DNA of 64,000 nucleotides from Candidatus Bathyarchaeota archaeon (GTDB lineage Archaea; Thermoproteota; Bathyarchaeia; Bathyarchaeales; Bathycorpusculaceae): NCBI GenBank assembly GCA_963775465.1, contig CAVZIW010000009.1, positions 39,742 to 103,741 of the forward strand, read 5' to 3'. Shown piece by piece: positions 62,039 to 64,000 of this stretch (position 1 is its first letter; each line of letters starts with the position of its first letter). The notes under the pieces were generated by a model. It saw only the letters and a program-made list of their open reading frames with translations, ran no database searches and was not told where the DNA came from. The position numbers and the translations under genes were made by a program.

Positions 62039-64000
62039 CTAATGTATGTTTAGGCAGATTTTTTTGCCGTCAAGCTCAGACTGGTGCCATTCAGCTTCAA
62101 CTTCGCTTCGAGAGGAATGCAAGTAAACTTTTCTTGCCCGAACCAAACCAGCCATCTCCTCTAAATAAGGCTCCAAGAGCCCCATACTTTCCGCATCTAA
62201 CTCGGCAATGTGAACTGACTCCAATGTTTCTGTGGGTACAAAACCCATATCCTTTCTCAAAGCCTGTACGCGTCGCGCCAAATCCCGCATGATGCCTTCC
62301 CCTAACAGTTTATCGTCTCGCTGCCCACTTACAAATACAGTTACGTCATTTTCTTGGCTTGAAACCCAACTCTCACCTTCAACAAATATTGGGGGCGCAG
62401 TGGAATAATCAACACTTTTAACATTGGTTAATTCAAGGAACAATTCTTCAAGGCATTTAACAGAATCAAGTATAGCTTGGGGACCAACAACAATTGCTTT
62501 GCTAAGTGGCCAACGTCGTTTGAGTTTACCCTGTTGCCGCGCAGCATAGGAGATGGACACAACTCTAAGTAAGGTATCGAATTGTTCGTCAAGCATTGGG
62601 TTTCTGATTTCGCCGTCTGGAGTGGGCCAAGTTGCCAAGTTGACTGTTTCTGGAAGGGTCGGCTCAAGCTGTCGATATACTTTCTGATAGAGCGCTTCAC
62701 TGAGGTGTGGTGTAATAGGGTTGAACAGTAACGTAACTGTTTTTAGAGTATGGTAGAGCAACGCATAGATTGTTTGGCGTCGTTCGAAAGTCGCAGGTTC
62801 ATCAGTCCAAAGTTCCTTGCGGATCATAGGCACATATAGTCTGCTAAGGGTTTCAATCACGAAATCATCAAGCACCGCTACAGCAGCATTGAATTCGCAA
62901 CGTTCAAGTTTGTGGGTGTAATCTTGAATTCTCTCTTGAAGTTTTGAGAGCAGCCACAAGTCCGCTGGCCGAATTTTATTTGCTTCCAAAGCCCACTGAA
63001 GCGAGTATTTTTCTGGAGCGAACTTATCAAAAGAGGCGTTTTGCATGAAGAATCGGCTTAAATGGTATAGTGTTGATAGAACTTGGTAGCTTCTTCTGGT
63101 GAGTTCCTGCGTGTCAAAGCTCATGAAATCTACAGGGGAACATTTACGCATCATGTAGAAACGGCACAGGTCAGCGCTGGTTTTCTCCAGAAGTTTGTTG
63201 GTTTCCACCACGTTGCCGAGGCTTTTGCTCATTTTCCGTCCTTTGGCATCCTGCGTTAGTCCTTGAAACAAAAAGGCTTTGTATGGTGCATAAGGCTTGC
63301 CAGATAAAATAATATTTTCCAAGAGCAGCGAGTTTGCCCAACCGCGAGTTTGGTCGATACCTTCAGTTAGAAAGGCTGAGGGCACAAACTTCTCGTACTC
63401 TTCGTCGGTGAAACGGGCGTAAGGTGAAGCGCCACTGTTGTGCCAAGTATCCAAAACAAAGTCTTCTCGCCTCATTGACCCGCCGCATTTTTCGCATTTC
63501 AGTGTTATTCGGTCAACCCAAGGTTTGTGCAATTCAAAGTCCTCTGGAATCGGCTCTTGAGCTTTTTCCAGCAACTCTTTTTTGCTTGAGACCAGGTGTT
63601 TGTTGCCGCATTTTTGGCATGCCCATATTGGTATGGGTGACCCCCAGATTCGTTCACGGCTAATACACCAAGGTTTGCCCTCTTTTAGAAAACCTAAGAA
63701 ACGGTTTTTGGGCTCTTCATAGAAGTACTCGATTTTCTCTGCAGCTTCTAGTACCTTGCTATTAATTTTGTCAGTTCGTAAAAAGTACTCTTTCCTAGCA
63801 AGCCAAACGAGTTTATGATGTGAACGCCAGCATGTTGGGTATTCATGTTTGGTTTTTCCAATCTTGACAAAAGCGTTTCGGTTACGTAACTCTTCAACAA
63901 CTAACATGTCTGCGTCCCGAGCGAAGACACCGTTAAAACCGCCGGCATCTTTTGTAAATTTGACTTCATCATCGAATGGCGCAAAAATTGGTACGCCGCG
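62039..64000 (-). CDS. ileS: Isoleucyl-tRNA synthetase (5' part outside window)
   Basis: H.YP.CWR, WCISRER.WG.PIP, EGIDQTRGW, KMSKSLGN, EG..RDLARRVQ.LRK. Confidence 0.95.
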   Translation of the reverse strand, partial: RGVPIFAPFDDEVKFTKDAGGFNGVFARDADMLVVEELRNRNAFVKIGKTKHEYPTCWRSHHKLVWLARKEYFLRTDKINSKVLEAAEKIEYFYEEPKNRFLGFLKEGKPWCISRERIWGSPIPIWACQKCGNKHLVSSKKELLEKAQEPIPEDFELHKPWVDRITLKCEKCGGSMRREDFVLDTWHNSGASPYARFTDEEYEKFVPSAFLTEGIDQTRGWANSLLLENIILSGKPYAPYKAFLFQGLTQDAKGRKMSKSLGNVVETNKLLEKTSADLCRFYMMRKCSPVDFMSFDTQELTRRSYQVLSTLYHLSRFFMQNASFDKFAPEKYSLQWALEANKIRPADLWLLSKLQERIQDYTHKLERCEFNAAVAVLDDFVIETLSRLYVPMIRKELWTDEPATFERRQTIYALLYHTLKTVTLLFNPITPHLSEALYQKVYRQLEPTLPETVNLATWPTPDGEIRNPMLDEQFDTLLRVVSISYAARQQGKLKRRWPLSKAIVVGPQAILDSVKCLEELFLELTNVKSVDYSTAPPIFVEGESWVSSQENDVTVFVSGQRDDKLLGEGIMRDLARRVQALRKDMGFVPTETLESVHIAELDAESMGLLEPYLEEMAGLVRARKVYLHSSRSEVEAEWHQSELDGKKICLNIH

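Overview
Archaeal DNA, most likely Bathyarchaeia (TACK). This is inferred from a BHB-intron tRNA-Tyr, Trm1, a CdvB/ESCRT-III paralog, and expanded TrmB and beta-propeller surface families. Positions ~690-25755 hold an essentially complete extracellular contractile injection system (eCIS; Afp/PVC-like) with no capsid, terminase or lysis genes. It encodes two tube proteins, LysM tube initiator, hub, spike, PAAR, gp25, two baseplate-J proteins, tail/fibre, AAA ATPase, Pvc16 cap, sheath, and a tail chaperone plus DUF6760 apparently joined by a -1 programmed frameshift signal. Two opposite-strand putative effectors share an N-terminal leader: a DUF4157 protein ending in an HNH/Tox-SHH-like domain, and a HExxH metalloprotease. 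The locus is flanked by a CHAT-TPR caspase-like protease and, on both sides, by proteins ending in an Ig(Big_1)-like + Zn-ribbon module, two copies of which form a 360-bp near-perfect repeat. Positions 31.5-64 kb are mostly housekeeping and surface genes (two-intron tRNA-Tyr, pfkA, trm1, proC, aspartokinase, cdvB-like, tRNA-Ala, partial ileS). Many genes in the first 31 kb are broken by single-base indels, probably long-read errors, so gene boundaries there are approximate. All family calls are from motif recognition by eye, not database searches.
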